Below, one piece after another: positions 15,507 through 25,127 of a stretch of 32,000 bases of DNA (positions are counted from its first letter, which is position 1; the number at the start of each line of letters is the position of its first letter). The notes beneath the pieces were generated by a model. That model ran no database searches. It saw nothing but the letters and a program-made list of their open reading frames with translations, and had not been told where the DNA came from. Source of the DNA: Schaalia meyeri (GTDB taxonomy: Bacteria; Actinomycetota; Actinomycetes; Actinomycetales; Actinomycetaceae); assembly GCF_900105015.1 (NCBI RefSeq), contig NZ_FNLK01000012.1:385749-417748 (forward strand). Direction: 5' to 3'. A program made the translations under genes and the position numbers.

Positions 15507-16942
15507 GGCTCTTCATAATTGAGGGTGTGGGGGTGGTATGCGGGGTTCGGTGTGTCGTGGCCGGGTAGGGGTCGAGGTCTTCCGATGATGGGGGTTCCTA
15601 CACCGTCCATCCGAAAGACCTCGACATGTCCAATGCTACCTTTGGTCGCCCTGACCTGAGCGCCTTCACGGGCCTGGATGACCTAGGACTGGAAGTGATG
15701 GGTCAGCGTGTAGGAGGCGATCGGACCGTCTTGGCCTGCAAGGTAGTGGGTGAGGATCGGTGGTGCCGACAGTGTGGGGGCGAGGGCGTCGTACGCGACA
15801 CGGTGATCAGGCGCTTGGCTCACGTACCCTACGGGTGGCACCCCACCATGTTGCACGTGAGCGTGCGCCGCTACCGCTGCCAGACGTGTGCTCACGTGTG
15901 GCGTCAAAACATGAGTGCAGCAGCCGATCCGCGCGCGAAGCTCTCGCGCGCAGCGGTGCGCTGGGCGCTGGTGGGCCTGGTGGTCCACCATCTGACGGTG
16001 GCGCGCATCGCCGACGTATTGGCCGTGTCATGGAACACTGCCAATACCGCGATCTTAGGTGAAGGCCAGCGCATACTCATCGATGATCCTGATCGTTTCG
16101 AGGGAGTGTGCGTCATCGGTGTTGATGAGCACGTGTGGCGCCACACCCCTTACGGCGACAAATACGTCACCGTCATCTTGGACTTGACTCCTATACGAGA
16201 CCGTCGTGGTCCCTCCCGGCTCCTGGATATGGTCCCAGGCCGCTCCAAGCAGGTCTTCAAAACCTGGCTCTCTTCCCAGCCCGACACGTGGCGCGAGAAC
16301 ATCGAGGTCGTAGCGATGGATGGATTCACCGGGTTCAAAAGCGCAGCCGCTGAAGAACTCTCAGACGCAACCGCGGTCATGGACCCCTTCCACGTCGTAC
16401 ACCTTGCCGGTGATGCTCTCGATGAGTGTCGCAGGCGCATCCAGCAAGAACTCCACCACCGGCGTGGGCGTGCCACCGATCCCCTGTACAAGGCCCGCAG
16501 AATGTTACACACCAGATCCTGCCTGCTCACCCCGCGCCAACAACACCGGATCCTCGACCTGTTCGCCAGCGATTGCCACGTCGCCCTCGAAGTCACCTGG
16601 AGCGTCTACCAGAGTATTATCGACGCCTACCGCGATCCCAATAAAATCCGCGGTAAGGCCCTGATGCAAGCCGAAATAGACCGTCTCAGCAACGCGGGTG
16701 TCCCTCGCTCCCTCACGGAGATCATCACACTGGGAAGAACGCTCAAACGCCGATCCCGGGACATCCTGGCTTACTTCGATCATCCACACACCAGCAACGG
16801 TCCTACCGAAGCGATCAACGGACGTCTCGAACACCTACGCGGATCCGCACTCGGGTTCCGAAACCTCACCAACTACATCACCCGCTGCCTCCTCGAAACA
16901 GGAGGATTCAGACCCCAACTACACCCTCAATTATGAAGAGCC
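15507..16942 (+). mobile_element. Intact ISL3-family insertion sequence (1436 bp)
   Basis: Perfect terminal inverted repeats GGCTCTTCATAATTGAGGGTGT (15507-15528 and 16921-16942). 8-bp target-site duplication CCTAACGG (15499-15506 and 16943-16950). Single transposase ORF. Confidence 0.92.
15626..16936 (+). CDS. ISL3-family transposase (436 aa)
   Basis: N-terminal Cys-rich zinc-finger region (CRQCG…CQTCAH) followed by a DDE domain (GVDEH…AMDGF…NGPTEAINGRLEHLR), typical of ISL3/IS204/IS1001-type enzymes. Confidence 0.95.
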   Translation: MSNATFGRPDLSAFTGLDDLGLEVMGQRVGGDRTVLACKVVGEDRWCRQCGGEGVVRDTVIRRLAHVPYGWHPTMLHVSVRRYRCQTCAHVWRQNMSAAADPRAKLSRAAVRWALVGLVVHHLTVARIADVLAVSWNTANTAILGEGQRILIDDPDRFEGVCVIGVDEHVWRHTPYGDKYVTVILDLTPIRDRRGPSRLLDMVPGRSKQVFKTWLSSQPDTWRENIEVVAMDGFTGFKSAAAEELSDATAVMDPFHVVHLAGDALDECRRRIQQELHHRRGRATDPLYKARRMLHTRSCLLTPRQQHRILDLFASDCHVALEVTWSVYQSIIDAYRDPNKIRGKALMQAEIDRLSNAGVPRSLTEIITLGRTLKRRSRDILAYFDHPHTSNGPTEAINGRLEHLRGSALGFRNLTNYITRCLLETGGFRPQLHPQL

Positions 16943-16950
16943 CCTAACGG

Positions 16951-17216
16951 TTCTTGATTTCAATGTGATTTCAATGTTCTCTGTGACATTGAGCCCGCCT
17001 GCATCGGCATCTACGACCTGCCCGTCGGCTCCGACATCCAGCTCGTTGTCGAACCCGACGGTCGCCGCCGCTGGTTCGACAACCACACCGAACGCGAAAT
17101 CACCTGCCGGTAAGGGCAGGGCTGCGCAACGACGCACGCCCACTCACTCAACCTGCCCGGGTGCGCTCAACCCGCCGAGGCGCACCCTGGAGCGATTCTT
17201 AATCCCCGTGGGTTAG
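16951..17216 (+). pseudogene. 3' remnant of the IS-disrupted, frameshifted cassette gene, ending …ERFLIPVG*
   Basis: The last 8 residues are identical to the C-terminus of the 167-aa ORF (11180-11683). An alternate frame gives protein-like DIEPACIGIYDLPVGSDIQLVVEPDGRRRWFDNHTEREI. Confidence 0.4.
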
Positions 17217-18052
17217 CGCCTGCTCACCCACACGAGCGTCGTATAGGGGACGGCGAGGCTTTCACCGGGCGCGTAGCCCAGATGCTCGTACAGGTACCAA
17301 CGCAGGTTCTCCTGCATGCGCGCACGCCCCTGCTCCGAGGCCCGAATGAACGAGGACCGTGTGGTTTCCAGAGCGAGTATCCGTTCAGGCGTCACCAGAT
17401 CCTCCCACGGAACCTGGGTCAGGCGCATGGGCGCGAAACCGCCGCCGGGTAAGGGCGGCCGGTCCGGCCGGTGCACGTCCCCCGAACGCATGATGCGCGT
17501 CAGCCGATGCACCCACGGCACCGACACATCCATCTGGTTCCACACGATCCCCAGGACCCCGCCCGAATCGAGCATACGCGCCGCCTCGATCCCGGCACGC
17601 TCGGAATCCACCCAGTGCCAGGACTGGGCAAACACGACGATGTCGTACATTCCGTCCGGTAATCCCGTGTCCTCCGCGACGCCGCAGTGCCAGGTGACCC
17701 CCTCGACCGACGAGGCCTGGGATCGCATCGCTTCCGACGGCTCCACCGCGTCCACGCGCGCGCCCGCCCGCGCCAAAAGCTCGCTCATCTTCCCGGTGCC
17801 CGCCCCAATGTCGGCCACCCGCAGGGGCCGCCGCCCACGCCCCCGGGCGGCGGAGGCCAGCAGCGCAGCCACTGCCCCGGCCGGGTAGGCGGGCCGCACG
17901 GAAGCATACGATCCGCCCTCGCGCTCGAAAGGATTACAGCCGACCTCGGGGGCTCTGGCCTCGGCGGCGCACGTCTTGGACACTCCGGCCTCCGCGGCGC
18001 CCGGGGATCCGCCAGCCGACGCGCCCCCACGGTCCCCGTCCACCGCTAACAT
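17213..18052 (-). CDS. Class I SAM-dependent methyltransferase
   Basis: Motif I VADIGAGTGKMSELLA, followed by VDAVEPSEAMR and DIVVFAQSWHW. The ORF extends to 18142 but would then overlap cls by 70 nt, so ATG 18052 is preferred. The start is uncertain. Confidence 0.8.
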   Translation of the reverse strand: MLAVDGDRGGASAGGSPGAAEAGVSKTCAAEARAPEVGCNPFEREGGSYASVRPAYPAGAVAALLASAARGRGRRPLRVADIGAGTGKMSELLARAGARVDAVEPSEAMRSQASSVEGVTWHCGVAEDTGLPDGMYDIVVFAQSWHWVDSERAGIEAARMLDSGGVLGIVWNQMDVSVPWVHRLTRIMRSGDVHRPDRPPLPGGGFAPMRLTQVPWEDLVTPERILALETTRSSFIRASEQGRARMQENLRWYLYEHLGYAPGESLAVPYTTLVWVSRR

Positions 18053-18072
18053 GGGCCCGTACCCGTCGATGC

Positions 18073-19572
18073 TCACAGGAGGGAGCTCCACAGACGACAC
18101 ACGTTGTCGATGTAGTGGACGTACCAGGGCTGGCATCTCCACTCCTGGTAGGTCAGCTCCCGCGAACGCTCACGGGTGCGCTGATCGTTCGCGTGCAGCA
18201 GCTCGACCAGGCGTGGGTCTTGGGCCAGGAGGGTGGTTTCGTAGTTGAGGCCGAACGAACGCACATCCATGTTGGACGAACCGATGGCGCAGAGGCTGGA
18301 GTCGATGACCACGTACTTGGAATGCAGCATGGTTGGCTTTCGGTACAGGTGGATGCGCACGCCGGAACCCAGGAGCAGCCCGTAATAGGAGCGCTGCGCG
18401 TGGCCAACCAGGAACTGGTCAAACTGTTCGGAGACGAAGAGCTCCACCGCGACCCCGGACACGGCTGCGTTCGTGAGGGCGGTGACGAGGGCCTCGTCGG
18501 GGATGAGGTAGGGGCTGGTGATCGACACGTGCGATCGGGCCGAGGAGATCATGGAGACGAAGGCACGCAGGTTGGGTTCACCCCTGTAGGCGGGTCCCGA
18601 GGGGACAACCTGCATCGGCGAGGCCGTCTCCTCCTCGCACTGCACCTCGCCCGTCGCGGGCGGCGGGGTCAGGTCCGCCGGGGTGAGGACTTCCTTGCAG
18701 GCGTAGTACCAGTCGGTGGCGAACACGGCCTGCGTCTGGGCGACGATGGGGCCGGTGACGGTGATGGTCGTGTCCTCGTAGGTGATGCCGGCACGCGCGT
18801 AGGCGGGGGTGTCGTAGTCGGGGGCGACCAGGTTGTGGGAGCCGACGAAGGCGACGCGTCCGTCGATGACCAGGAGCTTGCGGTGGTTGCGCAAGTCGGG
18901 TCTGCGGATCTGTCCACGCAGGGGCGCAAACGGCAGCATCGCGTGCCACCGAATGCCCGTGGCGTTGAGGCGGCGGCGAAATTCGCGGTGACCCGGGATG
19001 GTGCGCATGCCGTGGTGGTCAACCAGGAGGCGCACGGTGACCCCGCGGGCGGCGGCCCGCCCGAGCGCCTCGTAGAAGGGTGCGGTGACCTCGTCCCAGG
19101 AGGTTTGGTAATAGAGTGCGTTGACGTGGTGGGTGGCGGCGTCCACGCTGGCGGCCATCGCGAGGAAAGTGTCAGCCGTGTCGTTGTAGAGGCACCCGAC
19201 GCGCCCCCTGCTGGCGGGGAAGCCGGTGAGCCTGCCGGTCAGGCCCATGAGGGCGCTCGCGTGGTCGGGACAGTCGGGGGCCTCGTTGAGATCGGGGGCC
19301 GAGGCGGGGGAAGCGTGCAGGATGTCATCGACGAGGGCGCGGGCCTCGGGGTCGTCATCGAGGGCGCGTCCCATCGCCCACCACGATCCGAAGATGAAGT
19401 ACAGGGGGACGCCCACGAAGGGCAGCATGAAGATGAGGAGCAGCCACGCGGTGGACGTGGATGCACGCCGATACTTGGGGACGACGCCCAGGGCGACAAT
19501 GCGGATGACAAACTCGATGGCCCCGAGGAGGAGCCATGCCCACGGCGGAGGTTCGGGGGCTGGCACTGGCAT
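18073..19572 (-). CDS. cls: Cardiolipin synthase (two PLD/HKD domains, N-terminal TM helices)
   Basis: Two HKD motifs, HRKLLVIDGRVAFVGSHN and HSKYVVIDSSLCAIGSSNMD. 499 aa. Confidence 0.95.
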   Translation of the reverse strand: MPVPAPEPPPWAWLLLGAIEFVIRIVALGVVPKYRRASTSTAWLLLIFMLPFVGVPLYFIFGSWWAMGRALDDDPEARALVDDILHASPASAPDLNEAPDCPDHASALMGLTGRLTGFPASRGRVGCLYNDTADTFLAMAASVDAATHHVNALYYQTSWDEVTAPFYEALGRAAARGVTVRLLVDHHGMRTIPGHREFRRRLNATGIRWHAMLPFAPLRGQIRRPDLRNHRKLLVIDGRVAFVGSHNLVAPDYDTPAYARAGITYEDTTITVTGPIVAQTQAVFATDWYYACKEVLTPADLTPPPATGEVQCEEETASPMQVVPSGPAYRGEPNLRAFVSMISSARSHVSITSPYLIPDEALVTALTNAAVSGVAVELFVSEQFDQFLVGHAQRSYYGLLLGSGVRIHLYRKPTMLHSKYVVIDSSLCAIGSSNMDVRSFGLNYETTLLAQDPRLVELLHANDQRTRERSRELTYQEWRCQPWYVHYIDNVCRLWSSLL

Positions 19573-19576
19573 GCCT

Positions 19577-20200
19577 TCAGTTTACAAAGCGCCCCAGGTC
19601 CTGGTCGGCCCAGCGCTGCCAGTGTGGCGCGTACGTCGCCCCGTCCCGTGTAAGCGCCCGCCTGCGACGCACGGCCTGGCCGGGGTCCGCCAGCCAGATC
19701 GTCAGGTCGGCGTCAACGTCTATGGCCCCACAGCCTTCGATGATCGTGGGCAGCGCGGACACGGCCTTCGTCTCGCCGGGTGCGTCCTCTTCCCAGTCCC
19801 AGGCGACGTAGGACGAGGGCCTCCCCGCCCGCAGGTCGGCGGCGATGCGCCGGGCGATCGTCGCACCCGCCTCCAGGCCGTCCCACCCGGGGTACCAGTC
19901 GTCCATGTGGAGCACCTGCCACGCTTCCAGCAGGCGCACCAGGGCGCGGGCCAAGGTGGTTTTGCCGGACCCGGAATAGCCGTCGATGGCGACGACGGGC
20001 ATGCGCGCCGGCGCTCGCTGCCCGTCCCTCCCCTCTCCTTCCCCTCGCTGCCCCGGTGCCCAGGCCGTGGCCGTCCGGCCGCTCAGCGCGCGCAGGCGAT
20101 CGGCGAGGGTGCGTGCGGCCTCACCCGGTGCGACGTCAGCGGGGACGGTGATCCTGCACCCCGGCCCGCCGTGAGCCTCCGGCCAGATCAGGGCGGTCAT
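19577..20200 (-). CDS. P-loop NTPase, uridine-kinase-like/AAA-type small ATPase
   Basis: Walker A motif IDGYSGSGKTTLA. Its stop is 4 nt before the cls start. The ORF could start at TTG 20266, overlapping the REase stop; ATG 20200 is preferred. Confidence 0.7.
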   Translation of the reverse strand: MTALIWPEAHGGPGCRITVPADVAPGEAARTLADRLRALSGRTATAWAPGQRGEGEGRDGQRAPARMPVVAIDGYSGSGKTTLARALVRLLEAWQVLHMDDWYPGWDGLEAGATIARRIAADLRAGRPSSYVAWDWEEDAPGETKAVSALPTIIEGCGAIDVDADLTIWLADPGQAVRRRRALTRDGATYAPHWQRWADQDLGRFVN

Positions 20201-20252
20201 CGAAAAAACTCGTTCACCACTACTCGACCACCGAACATGCTCATCCTGCTTT

Positions 20253-21011
20253 TCAATCCGGATCAAACTGGGTGTGATCCCACGTATGCGCGCTCACGGC
20301 TACTATCGCCACCGGGCAGGTGCCCGCCTCGCCGCGGTCCAGACGCGGAATCGCCTTATCCAGGCTCGTGACCGTCGTCGTCGTTAAATCGAGCGGAAGC
20401 GCTAATTCACGCTGTCGATCACACCTCTTCTTTGCGGGGCATTTCGTCGCAATGCGAACGTCTTCGGGCCTCACTTTCAAATGGTCTGCCCAGAGCTCGC
20501 ACGCAATGTCAAACAGAGAGGCGCGATCTTTGGTGATGATCACTGCTCCATCAATGAGCCCATCCTCATACCACGCACGATAGGCGGCCAGATCACGGTC
20601 GAGATTGCCATCCTTCGCGTTCCATTCGACATCGACCAGTACGCGACCTTTGCGATTATCCACCCAATACGAAGGCATTTCCACCGCGGGGAATTCATCG
20701 AAGGAACGCCCCTTTTCGCGATATTCAATACGACCCTCACGCCTGACAACGTATCGACATTCGGCCCAGCCGCGAGCTCTCAGCGCACAGTTGAGCTCGT
20801 CTGCCATCGCGGAGTTATTTCCGCCAGCGCGCAAAAGAAGATTTGCAGAAAAGCTGAATTTGTCGAGAACATCAATGATATCTGACCATTCATTGGGCGC
20901 GACGGCAGACAGGACGCCACACGCATTTCGCACCTCATGAAACGAGTACTTTTTTCGCACGCTTACGGGGACGATACCGGGGTCATCGTACGACTCTGTT
21001 TGAACCGTCAT
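20253..21011 (-). CDS. Type II restriction endonuclease, BglII/BamHI-like fold
   Basis: 252 aa. WVDNRKGRVLVDVEWNAK and GAVIITKD resemble the BglII segments DIDFGKRDTLVEVQFSN and VAIIITKG, recalled from memory. Divergent from a DNA methyltransferase gene. Confidence 0.65.
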   Translation of the reverse strand: MTVQTESYDDPGIVPVSVRKKYSFHEVRNACGVLSAVAPNEWSDIIDVLDKFSFSANLLLRAGGNNSAMADELNCALRARGWAECRYVVRREGRIEYREKGRSFDEFPAVEMPSYWVDNRKGRVLVDVEWNAKDGNLDRDLAAYRAWYEDGLIDGAVIITKDRASLFDIACELWADHLKVRPEDVRIATKCPAKKRCDRQRELALPLDLTTTTVTSLDKAIPRLDRGEAGTCPVAIVAVSAHTWDHTQFDPD

Positions 21012-21076
21012 GCGGCCATATTAGCACGGGTAATAACCATATATTGCGTATGACGGAGACCACTCACCGTCAGCCA

Positions 21077-21100
21077 ATTTAGATCTATATTTAGATCTAT
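21077..21100. promoter_or_regulatory. Tandem 12-bp repeat ATTTAGATCTAT x2, each holding the 8-bp palindrome TAGATCTA; candidate operator in the R-M divergent promoter
   Basis: Read directly. It ends 11 nt before the methyltransferase ATG. Each unit contains an AGATCT (BglII-type) site. Confidence 0.6.
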
Positions 21101-21111
21101 TTGGTACTAAA

Positions 21112-21972
21112 ATGGGCGTCATGAGCAACGACCTATACGCCCCACTGCCCACCGTCGCAGGCGGCTTTTCAACGATCATGTCCGATCCGCCGTGGCGCTT
21201 CCAGAATCGGACAGGAAAAGTTGCTCCGGAACATAGGCGACTCGGGCGCTACGGCACGATGTCACTCAATGACATTAAAGCGTTGCCGGTTGCTGATATA
21301 TCAGCAACGAATGCGCACCTGTACCTCTGGGTCCCCAACGCACTCCTTCCAGAAGGAATTGAAGTGATGTCTGCGTGGGGATTCCGTTACGTCTCGAACA
21401 TCGTCTGGGCAAAGAGACGAAAAGATGGCGGACCTGATGGACGGGGAGTGGGGTTCTACTTTCGGAACGTCACGGAACTCCTGCTGTTCGGAGTTCGCGG
21501 GCGAATGCGAACTCTCGACGCTGGGCGGCGCCAAGTAAACATGATCGAAACACGCAAACGCGAGCATTCAAGGAAACCCGATGAACAATACGATCTGATC
21601 GAATCGTGTTCACCGGGACCGTACCTCGAGATGTTCGCGCGCTATCCGCGACCCGGCTGGGCAGCGTGGGGCAATGAAGCGGATGAGGGCATCGAACCGC
21701 AAGGAAAGGCCTACAACGGATACCGGGGCGGCGAGATCGAACCCTCACCGACTCCCCTCCCATCCCTGGAGTCGCACCAGCGCCTCCCCCACGACTTAGA
21801 GGTCGCCGTGGGCGCCGAGCTCCGACGCCAGTACGAGCAAGGAAACTCCATCAACGACCTCGCCTCCCTCCACGGGTACTCAATCGCGCGCGTGCGCCGC
21901 TACCTCAGCCTCGCTTCTACTCCCCTGAGGCAGCGCGGAAAAGGGCCTCATCCCACGGCCACCAAGGAATAA
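21112..21972 (+). CDS. MT-A70-family DNA methyltransferase (DPPW) with a C-terminal helix-turn-helix extension
   Basis: IMSDPPWRF catalytic motif, plus LYLWVPNALL and VWAKRRKDGGPDGRGVGFYFRNVTELLLFG. The C-terminal ~60 aa (QGNSINDLASLHGYSIARVRRYL) looks like an HTH. Confidence 0.85.
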   Translation: MGVMSNDLYAPLPTVAGGFSTIMSDPPWRFQNRTGKVAPEHRRLGRYGTMSLNDIKALPVADISATNAHLYLWVPNALLPEGIEVMSAWGFRYVSNIVWAKRRKDGGPDGRGVGFYFRNVTELLLFGVRGRMRTLDAGRRQVNMIETRKREHSRKPDEQYDLIESCSPGPYLEMFARYPRPGWAAWGNEADEGIEPQGKAYNGYRGGEIEPSPTPLPSLESHQRLPHDLEVAVGAELRRQYEQGNSINDLASLHGYSIARVRRYLSLASTPLRQRGKGPHPTATKE

Positions 21973-22007
21973 CGCAGACGATCCGAAAGCCGTGCTCACG
22001 GCCCAAC

Positions 22008-24491
22008 TCATCGGCCCACCAGGGCGAAACTGCCGGTCCAGACGCTGACGCTCAACGCGACCACGGGCAGGGCAATGGCCACGGCCATGAGGGCACCGTC
22101 GGCAACGCTCAAGCGGGAGGGGCGTGCCCAGGTGCGCCGCCCGGCCGCGCCGAAGCCTCGGGCCTCCATGGTGGTGGCCAACTTCCCGGAACGCCGCAGC
22201 GCAAAGACCAGCAGCGAGAAGGATCCGCGCAGGAAGGATCGCACCCTGGATGCGTCGCCGACGCCTCGGGCGCGCCGGGCGCGTTCGAGAGCCTTCCAGT
22301 CGGCGGCCATCAGGGAGGTCATGCGCGCGCCCGCGAGCGCGGCCAGCACGGGCCGGGCTGGCAGATGCAGAATCTGTGCCAGCCCATCGCCCATGTCGGT
22401 CGGGTCGATGCGGTCGATCAACGCGATCGCGGGCACGACGATCGCGCACATGCGCAGCCCGATGCCCAGGGCCAGCCACACGGAATGCTCCGAGATCGCC
22501 GCGGGGCCAAACTCCCAGAACACGCGGCCGCCCGGGGAGGCGTAGAGGAGCATGGACAGCGCGCCCAGGGGCGCGGCAAAGAGGAGGGGTGTGGCTTTGA
22601 GCGCGAAGCTGCGCGCCGAGACGCCGGATAGGGGGACCAGAGCCAGTTCGAGGGCGAGGGCGACCCCCGCACTAACCGGGTCGATCGAGGCCAGCAGCGG
22701 CGTGGTGGCGACCAGCAGCGCGATCACGCGGACCACCGGGTTCGTGCGCGCGAGGAAGCCGCCGGCTCCGCGGGGGCGAGAGAGGACGCAGGCGGGGGTG
22801 TCCGAGCCGTTTGAGGGACCCCCGGCTACCTCGCCCGTGGCGACGCGCCCCGAGGACTCGCCGCCACCCGACTGGCGACCCGGCACTTCCTCCGGGTGCT
22901 CGGCCTCGTCCCCGCCTGGGCGCCCCAGAGAACCCAGGTCGATGACTCGCTGGCCCATCGCGGCCACGAACGCGGGGTCGTGGGTGATGGATACCAGGGT
23001 GACGCCTCGGGACAGGGCGCCGCGCAGCAGGCGCACCAGGCCCAGCCACGTTCCGCGGTCCTGCCCGAAGGTGGGTTCGTCCAGGATCAGCAGCTCCGGG
23101 GCGCTGATGAGCGCGGTTGCCACGGAGAGGCGCCGTTTCTCACCGCCGGAGAGGGTCATGGGGTTGGCGCGCGCCAGGGCGGACAGGCCCAGGGCATCGA
23201 GGTGTTCGTCGACCAGGGGGCCGATCTCGTCCTCGCTCATGCCGACGGCGCGCGGACCGATGGCCAGTTCATCGGCGACCGTGGCGGCCAGAAACTGGTA
23301 TTCGGGTTCCTGGAAGACCATGGACACGCGCCCCAGCAGTCGGCGGCTGGGCCACTCGTGAGGGGCGGAGCGCGCGGCGTCGGCGATCGTTAGCTCGACG
23401 CCGCCATCGATCGGAGGCAGCAACCCCGCGAGAGTCAGCGCGAAGGTCGATTTTCCGGCACCGTTAGCGCCCACGATGCACGTTGACTCCCCCCGCTTAA
23501 TCGACACGTCTATTCCGGAGCGCACGGGGGAGGCAGAGTCATACCCGATCGTCAGCCCACGCACCCTAGCGATCGGCTCCCTCGCGGACACCGGCTCCCC
23601 CACCGACCAGGCCGAGGTCTCCCCCCGGGCGTGCCCGCTCGGATCGGCGGGATCCGCCAGGGGACAAACCTCGGCGACAACGTCGTCGCCGGGCAACCAG
23701 ATTCCCTGATCGCTCAGCTGCTTACCCCGCCGCGCGATGACCTGGCCCAGCGGGCCGTCCGCCACGATCTCGCCATCTGCGACGACGATAACGCGGTCCA
23801 CCAGGGAGGCCCACACGTCGACGCGGTGCTCCACGACGACCAGGGTCGCGCCGGTGCGCTCCACGACGGCCTCGACGGCGCGACGCACCTCGGCCACCCC
23901 CTGGGGGTCAAGGTTCGCGGTCGGCTCGTCCAAGAGGATCAGCCCGGGTCCCATCGCCAGAATCGACGCCAGGGCGAGACGTTGCTTCTGCCCGCCCGAC
24001 AGCTGCGAGGTCGAACGATCCAGGGGAACATCCAAGCCCACGGCCGCCAGGGAGTCCTGCACGCACGGCCAAATGTCGCCGGGCGCCACCCCCATATTTT
24101 CCATGCCAAAGGCCACGTCGTCGCCCACGCGGGCCAGGACCACCTGGGCCTCGGGGTCCTGCATCAGCAGGCCGACGCGGCCGCGCGACTGGGCCGGGGG
24201 AAGGCCATCGATGGTCAACGACCCGGCGGCTTCACCCTCCTCGGCGCCGCCCAGCAGACCGGCCAAGCCACCCATGAGCGTCGACTTTCCCGACCCCGAC
24301 GGGCCCAGCACCAGGACACGCTCGCCCGGCGTGATATCGAGGTCGACATCCGCCAGCGCGGCGCGCCTCCGCCCGGCGTGCCGCCACCCCCAGCCGCGCG
24401 CGCACACGCGCGCGCCCGTTCCCCCGCCCCGCGCAACCGGGGCGTCGGGAGAGGAAACGGGTGGGCGGGAGGCGGCCGGGGCCTCGTCCAT
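22008..24491 (-). CDS. ECF-type transporter fusion: duplicated ABC ATPase (YkoD-like) plus C-terminal EcfT/CbiQ transmembrane domain (YkoC-like)
   Basis: Two Walker A motifs (GPSGSGKST, GANGAGKST), two LSGG signatures (LSGGQKQR, LSGGEKRR), then a hydrophobic C-terminal ~270 aa. ATG 24491 (MDEAP…) is preferred over the longer ORF start at 24551. Confidence 0.88.
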   Translation of the reverse strand: MDEAPAASRPPVSSPDAPVARGGGTGARVCARGWGWRHAGRRRAALADVDLDITPGERVLVLGPSGSGKSTLMGGLAGLLGGAEEGEAAGSLTIDGLPPAQSRGRVGLLMQDPEAQVVLARVGDDVAFGMENMGVAPGDIWPCVQDSLAAVGLDVPLDRSTSQLSGGQKQRLALASILAMGPGLILLDEPTANLDPQGVAEVRRAVEAVVERTGATLVVVEHRVDVWASLVDRVIVVADGEIVADGPLGQVIARRGKQLSDQGIWLPGDDVVAEVCPLADPADPSGHARGETSAWSVGEPVSAREPIARVRGLTIGYDSASPVRSGIDVSIKRGESTCIVGANGAGKSTFALTLAGLLPPIDGGVELTIADAARSAPHEWPSRRLLGRVSMVFQEPEYQFLAATVADELAIGPRAVGMSEDEIGPLVDEHLDALGLSALARANPMTLSGGEKRRLSVATALISAPELLILDEPTFGQDRGTWLGLVRLLRGALSRGVTLVSITHDPAFVAAMGQRVIDLGSLGRPGGDEAEHPEEVPGRQSGGGESSGRVATGEVAGGPSNGSDTPACVLSRPRGAGGFLARTNPVVRVIALLVATTPLLASIDPVSAGVALALELALVPLSGVSARSFALKATPLLFAAPLGALSMLLYASPGGRVFWEFGPAAISEHSVWLALGIGLRMCAIVVPAIALIDRIDPTDMGDGLAQILHLPARPVLAALAGARMTSLMAADWKALERARRARGVGDASRVRSFLRGSFSLLVFALRRSGKLATTMEARGFGAAGRRTWARPSRLSVADGALMAVAIALPVVALSVSVWTGSFALVGR

Positions 24492-24501
24492 CGGGCGCGG
24501 G

Positions 24502-25101
24502 TCAGACAAGCTCGCGCGCCCCGCGGCCCGAGGCGAAACGATCCAGGGCACCCGTGCGCGCCAGCGCGCTCGTCAGCGCCCACGCCAGCACACCAGCCAG
24601 GAGGATGCCGGAGACGACGCCGCACACCAGGTAGGAGGCGTTGTAGACGACGCCCTTGGCGAGGTTTCCGGAGATGAAGAGTTCGAGCACCCATTCGACG
24701 GCGAAGGCCAGGGCTCCCGCGCCCGAGGCCACCCACACGTTGAAGCGGCGGTAGGCGAACAGGGCGAAGACGATCTCGGCGCCCAGGCCCTGGGCGAGAC
24801 CCGAGTACAGGGTTTCGACCGCCCACTGGGAACCCAGGCCCATGGAAACGGCCGCGGCCATCAGCTCGACGAAGAACGCGGCGCCGGGCTTGCGGATGAC
24901 GTAGCCGCCGAGCGTGCCGCCCAGCAGCCAGACGCCCGTCACCAGACCGCCCAGGCCGGGGGCGACGGCCTTGAGGATCTCGTAGCCCGCGTAACCCACC
25001 TGGTTCCAGGCAAAGAAAATGAGGCCGCACGCGATGCCGAGGACGGCGGCGGTGACGATGTCGATGACCCTCCAACGGAGGGACGGGGCAGTGGTAGCCA
25101 T
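24502..25101 (-). CDS. ECF transporter S component (YkoE-like, HMP/thiamine-related)
   Basis: About 199-aa polytopic membrane protein directly downstream of a TPP riboswitch. ATG preceded by GAAGGGAG. Confidence 0.75.
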   Translation of the reverse strand: MATTAPSLRWRVIDIVTAAVLGIACGLIFFAWNQVGYAGYEILKAVAPGLGGLVTGVWLLGGTLGGYVIRKPGAAFFVELMAAAVSMGLGSQWAVETLYSGLAQGLGAEIVFALFAYRRFNVWVASGAGALAFAVEWVLELFISGNLAKGVVYNASYLVCGVVSGILLAGVLAWALTSALARTGALDRFASGRGARELV

Positions 25102-25127
25102 GCGGATGTAACTCCCTTCGTGTTGCA

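Noticed and set aside
18115-19653. 512-aa ORF antisense to cardiolipin synthase
   Set aside because: G/R/V/D-rich with no motifs. The minus strand carries two canonical HKD motifs.
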